Positions 16,327-20,000 of a stretch of DNA of 20,000 nt are shown here, piece after piece; position 1 is the stretch's first letter; every line of letters starts with the position of its first letter. Under the pieces are notes generated by a model. It worked only from the letters and a program-made list of their open reading frames with translations, made no database searches and had not been told where the DNA came from. The DNA is from an uncultured virus (IMG/VR IMGVR_UViG_3300020036_003824) (lineage: Duplodnaviria; Heunggongvirae; Uroviricota; Caudoviricetes): IMG/VR virus record IMGVR_UViG_3300020036_003824; one strand, written 5' to 3'. The position numbers were made by a program, and so were the translations under genes.

Positions 16327-16827
16327 AACTAATCCTTTCAACTTCACAAGTTTTTTAAACTCCGATTGATAAAACTTTGCAATTTCGTTTAACTCAAAAT
16401 CAGATAGTCTTTTGTTTGGCAGTTTTGCAAGTCTTTCAATTTTCAAAACCTCATCTTCGCCGTATCGCTTAACGAGGTATTGCCGCATTTTGATTTTTGC
16501 GCCCTCCATGAAATAGTTGTCTTTCAGGCATTGCACCCCGCAATTTTCTTTCATAAATCGAACGGCAAAATGTCCCCGGCTTTCAAAGTGGCCTGTTTGC
16601 GCTGAACCGTCCGGCATTTTCCATTTAATTACCTTTCCACAAGTGCAGCACCTCACTAACCCGTTTTCGTCGGCCTCATTGGCACGAAACCAAAGCGAGA
16701 ACGCCGTGTCCGCTTTTTTCAGCGCTTTTGTGTGTGCGCTAACTTCCGGCTTTTTCTTCGCTGGCTTGCTTTTCTTTTCGGCTTCCTTTCGGAGTGCGCG
16801 GTATTGTGACGCTGTTAGTGTTTCCAT
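16324..16827 (-). CDS. ninG: NinG/Rap-family recombination endonuclease
   Basis: ADTAFSLWFR, CCTCG, GHFESRG..VRF..ENCGVQC..DN, ELNEIAKFY. Confidence 0.85.
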   Translation of the reverse strand: METLTASQYRALRKEAEKKSKPAKKKPEVSAHTKALKKADTAFSLWFRANEADENGLVRCCTCGKVIKWKMPDGSAQTGHFESRGHFAVRFMKENCGVQCLKDNYFMEGAKIKMRQYLVKRYGEDEVLKIERLAKLPNKRLSDFELNEIAKFYQSEFKKLVKLKGLV

Positions 16828-16987
16828 TTTCTAAATTCCTTAAAATGTAATTTTCGACACGCTCGTATGCGTTAATTTCAGAAAGCGCTGCCGATTCTGA
16901 TATAGGCATACACTGTTCAAAATAGAGCTTAGCGTTTGACTTAGATTGCTTTTTCCAGGCTCTTATCTGTTTTAGCAGGTCTTTCAT
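16739..16987 (-). CDS. hypothetical protein, 82 aa
   Basis: ATGA coupling upstream; its tail overlaps ninG. Confidence 0.6.
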   Translation of the reverse strand: MKDLLKQIRAWKKQSKSNAKLYFEQCMPISESAALSEINAYERVENYILRNLENGNTNSVTIPRTPKGSRKEKQASEEKAGS

Positions 16988-17199
16988 ACCCCTTTCAATT
17001 TTTCAATGTCAACATTTTCCCACTCCGAAAACGCATCTAACTCCATATCGTTCGTCAGGCGGATTGAAATTCTTATGCCCCGGTCATCTATCAGTTTCAC
17101 CCTTACATTGCCTTTTTCAAAAAGGACTTTTGTGCGTTGGGTGTAGCCTGAATTGAAAAGGGTGGCAATGAGTTCGTTTTTCTTTTCGTCGGTGGTCAT
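16984..17199 (-). CDS. hypothetical protein, 71 aa
   Basis: ATGA-coupled ORF. Confidence 0.7.
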   Translation of the reverse strand: MTTDEKKNELIATLFNSGYTQRTKVLFEKGNVRVKLIDDRGIRISIRLTNDMELDAFSEWENVDIEKLKGV

Positions 17200-17402
17200 G
17201 TTATGCCTAATCGGTTTTTGAGTTTGTCCAAACTATTAGAAGCATCGTTTGCCATGTCTTCTATGTGCTGCCTGTGTCTTTCCACAATACTTTCAAAGTC
17301 AAGAAAATTTTTGCAGTCTTCAATGTCTTCATAGGATATAAGACTGTTGCCGTAAAGGTCTGTGTATCTTCTAAGTTCGCGTTTTATTTCTTCGATACTC
17401 AT
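17196..17402 (-). CDS. hypothetical protein, about 68 aa
   Basis: ATG at 17402; coupled to the downstream gene. Confidence 0.7.
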   Translation of the reverse strand: MSIEEIKRELRRYTDLYGNSLISYEDIEDCKNFLDFESIVERHRQHIEDMANDASNSLDKLKNRLGIT

Positions 17403-17404
17403 TT

Positions 17405-17656
17405 TCAATTCGGATTTTCAATTTTAAACTTACTGATTTTTTCCAGCCCTTCGCAAAGATCCAAAGCGCTGCGCAATTCTTTGTTCGTCTGTTTCAGTCT
17501 CAAAAATAATTCTGAAATTTCGCTTTTTGATATTTCGCCTGATTCGCATTTTTGCCAAAATAGCATATTTGCGGTGAGTAGTTCGCCCGATGCTGTTTTC
17601 ATGTAGTCGGCGAGCATTTTGGTTAGTGGTACGGGTGGTAGTTTTCGCTTTGTCAT
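17405..17656 (-). CDS. hypothetical protein, about 83 aa
   Basis: ATG at 17656 after an A-rich leader. Confidence 0.65.
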   Translation of the reverse strand: MTKRKLPPVPLTKMLADYMKTASGELLTANMLFWQKCESGEISKSEISELFLRLKQTNKELRSALDLCEGLEKISKFKIENPN

Positions 17657-17679
17657 TTTGTCGTTTGTTTGCAATGAGA

Positions 17680-17967
17680 CTAAAATGGAAGTTCCGATTC
17701 AATATCCATGCACCCGCTAAAGTGCCGACAATGATTAAAGTTTGGTTGTCTCCACCTATCACCTTCTAATTGAAAAAAGTACCAAAGACCATCATAGTCA
17801 AAAAGTTTTGACCCTGTTTTTATAAGCCGCGCAATCTCTATAAATTTCTGCGGATACCTTACATAAGCGTGTGAACGATAATTAATAATCAAATGAATCA
17901 ACTTTTTTGCGGGCTTTTGCGCCTCTTTTTGTGCGCGAATAATTGCGCGGTATTGTTCCTTTGTCAT
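17680..17967 (-). CDS. hypothetical protein, 95 aa, C-terminal ELPF
   Basis: ATG-started ORF with SSB-like acidic-PF tail. Confidence 0.65.
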   Translation of the reverse strand: MTKEQYRAIIRAQKEAQKPAKKLIHLIINYRSHAYVRYPQKFIEIARLIKTGSKLFDYDGLWYFFQLEGDRWRQPNFNHCRHFSGCMDIESELPF

Positions 17968-18002
17968 TTTGTTTGAATTTTAAAAGTTATCGTTTGTTTA
18001 GA

Positions 18003-19412
18003 TCAAAAAGGCACATCCAGCGGTTCTGATCTTGTTGCTGGCATTCCTGCGTTTGGCGACCAATCAGGAACGGCGTTTTGCATTATTCTTTCATCGAAAA
18101 CGGACGGAACATCGTAAAATCCTTTGATGTGATTGAATCTGCATTCCGCACCCAGCCTTCCGGTTCTGCGGCCTTTCCCGACAAAAATATCCGCATAGGC
18201 TTCCGGGTAGGCTTCAATAACACCGGGGCTTGTTTCCCGGTCTGAAACGTTCACATAATCAGGTCGATACGGCAAAAGAATTAAACTTGCATCCTGTGTA
18301 AAATTCTTACAATCGGCTATGTCGTACATGAACGCTCTTTTGTCGGGTCGTTGCATTACCTCCTGTTTCACTTGAGCGAGTACCATAACCGGGATTTCAA
18401 GTTCCAAACTTAGCGCCCTAAATTTAGCGCTTATTTCTGTCAGTTCGTTTACCCGGCCTGATTTGTATCCGTTGATGTAAACCAATTGCGCGTAATCTAC
18501 CACCGCAAACTCGATGCCTCTTTCGTACTTATGTTGTCTGATTTCTGAAATGATATTATGAAGAAACGGCCCAGGATTAACTGACTTTATCGGCAGTTCT
18601 TTTACCTTTTCCCACGCTGATTTCAATTTCATCATTTCATCAATCGGCATTTTGGAAAAGTCACTTTCAAATTTTGTGTTACAATACATTTGCCAAAGCC
18701 TTTCCTGCACGTCCATCGGCGCGTTTTCCAAGTTGATGTAAAGCGATGGAATGTTTTGGTTCGCTGAATACAAAATCTGATTCATCGCAAAGTAAGATTT
18801 ACCACCGCCGGAAAGCATTGCAACTACAATATAATCGCCGGGACGAAAAAACGGAACTTGACTTCTTAGTGAATTAAGAAACGGCTTTACCGGGTAATCG
18901 TAAACAATCCCTTCAAAAGAAGAAAACAAAGCCTGTTCAAATTCGGCCCTTCCGTCCGAATGATGCACCCTTGCACCCATACCTTTTTCCCGGCGCATCT
19001 TTTCTGCCTTTGCAATTATTTCCGTATTCGTGTCGCCATCCAAAAGCCAATTGGTTTGATGTTGCATTATTTCCGTTTCGGAGTATCGGCAATACGAATC
19101 AAAAAAGAAGTCAAACGCCGTAACCAAATCCATGCCGCTTTCCTCCATTGAAAGACTTTGCAATTCGCCCACATCCCGCGAAAGAGAAACAGCAACAGTA
19201 GATGCTGAATAACTGCCCGTTTTTTTGAATTGCTTTAAACACTCTCCGATAATTTCAGACCAAACGCCAGGCGTTAGCATCTCTTTTTTTATTTGATCTT
19301 CTATGCGGTGCATATTGTACGGCTCACCCAATACCCTTTTAGCGAGCATTTCGAGCGCCGTTTGCAGGTGTGTGTATAATTTCTGCTGCGCTGTTTGCTG
19401 AAAGTCACCCAT
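18003..19412 (-). CDS. DnaB-like (SF4) replicative helicase
   Basis: Walker A SGGGKS, INLE, Walker B VVDYAQL, LAQ..RPDKR, QDA, KGR; C-terminal DVPF. Confidence 0.85.
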   Translation of the reverse strand: MGDFQQTAQQKLYTHLQTALEMLAKRVLGEPYNMHRIEDQIKKEMLTPGVWSEIIGECLKQFKKTGSYSASTVAVSLSRDVGELQSLSMEESGMDLVTAFDFFFDSYCRYSETEIMQHQTNWLLDGDTNTEIIAKAEKMRREKGMGARVHHSDGRAEFEQALFSSFEGIVYDYPVKPFLNSLRSQVPFFRPGDYIVVAMLSGGGKSYFAMNQILYSANQNIPSLYINLENAPMDVQERLWQMYCNTKFESDFSKMPIDEMMKLKSAWEKVKELPIKSVNPGPFLHNIISEIRQHKYERGIEFAVVDYAQLVYINGYKSGRVNELTEISAKFRALSLELEIPVMVLAQVKQEVMQRPDKRAFMYDIADCKNFTQDASLILLPYRPDYVNVSDRETSPGVIEAYPEAYADIFVGKGRRTGRLGAECRFNHIKGFYDVPSVFDERIMQNAVPDWSPNAGMPATRSEPLDVPF

Positions 19413-19833
19413 GCTCCAAATGTTTTAGGTATTTGTTCAAATTTTTCCGCCCTTCCGGTTTTTCTTGCTCTAAAAGTTTCACGGTATCGCGTATGTACTG
19501 TATTTCCCTTTCGCCTCGTTCGATAAATTCACAAACTGCCTTTTGCTGCTTTTCCTGCAATGCTGCCAGGTAGGCAATGTTTCGGCGAAGTTCCGCCCGC
19601 TTTTCAGGTTTCCATATTGATAGCATTTGCGGGGCAAAGTCCAGGAACCAGGGGTAGACAGTTTGGGTAAAAAAGAAAAAGTCTATTTCCTGATTCGTCA
19701 TTTCCCGAAAACCCATCCGGTAGGCATAGTCTAAGAAAATATTGAAAGTAAAGTTTTCGGTTTGCTCTTTCAGGTTTTTGTACTGAAACAGCCAGAGGTC
19801 TACGTTTTTTTTGTCTCTTTCGGTTGCTTTCAT
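19405..19833 (-). CDS. hypothetical protein, 142 aa (replication module)
   Basis: Lies between initiator and helicase, overlapping both. Confidence 0.7.
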   Translation of the reverse strand: MKATERDKKNVDLWLFQYKNLKEQTENFTFNIFLDYAYRMGFREMTNQEIDFFFFTQTVYPWFLDFAPQMLSIWKPEKRAELRRNIAYLAALQEKQQKAVCEFIERGEREIQYIRDTVKLLEQEKPEGRKNLNKYLKHLEHG

Positions 19834-20000
19834 TTGCGGAAAATTATACCTGTTAGTTCATTGGCCGGTTGTGATTGCACGGGTTTAGTTTTCTTGAGTA
19901 AGGACGCTTGGTAGTAATCTTCAAAATGACCATTGAAAAGGGTTGAAGGTCGAAGGTATTGCCGCATTTCGTCTTTGTCTTCCCATTCCCGGCATTTAAA
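19830..20000 (-). CDS. C-terminus of phage replication initiator (Phg_2220_C-like), partial
   Basis: Hand translation FKCREWEDKDEMRQYLRPSTLFNGHFEDYY...; YLRPxTLF motif; runs off the window. Confidence 0.8.
   Translation of the reverse strand, partial: FKCREWEDKDEMRQYLRPSTLFNGHFEDYYQASLLKKTKPVQSQPANELTGIIFRK

Noticed and set aside
17430..17762. 110-aa minus-strand ORF
   Set aside because: Overlaps two better-tiled ORFs in other frames
1..20000. Stop-codon reassignment, tRNA/rRNA genes, introns or inteins in TerL or helicase
   Set aside because: Genes are intact in the standard code with normal lengths; no cloverleaf or intein motifs seen

Overview
A 20-kb piece of a tailed dsDNA phage or prophage (Caudoviricetes) with essentially all genes on the minus strand. 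The host is probably Bacteroidota: eight intergenic TAnnTTTG '-7' promoter motifs, A-rich starts without Shine-Dalgarno sites, and a lipoprotein. In transcription order (20000 to 1): a replication module (Phg_2220_C-type initiator C-terminus, DnaB-like helicase, NinG/Rap); about 9 kb of accessory genes (HTH, secreted protein, MazG-like, acidic protein, glycoside hydrolase lipoprotein, HNH-AP2 endonuclease, UVR-domain protein); ParB-like protein and C5 cytosine methyltransferase; then the packaging/head module (TerS, TerL, portal with Cys-rich insert, small basic protein, gp7/MuF-like head protein, hypotheticals). The most notable feature is two conserved ~60-bp hairpins (15339-15405, 16166-16231) with variable 22-23-nt loops. 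They bracket a self-promoted two-gene unit whose ends are perfectly complementary, as in an integron gene cassette. Several structured intergenic leaders and six ORFs missed by the track are also reported. All calls were made by eye without database searches.
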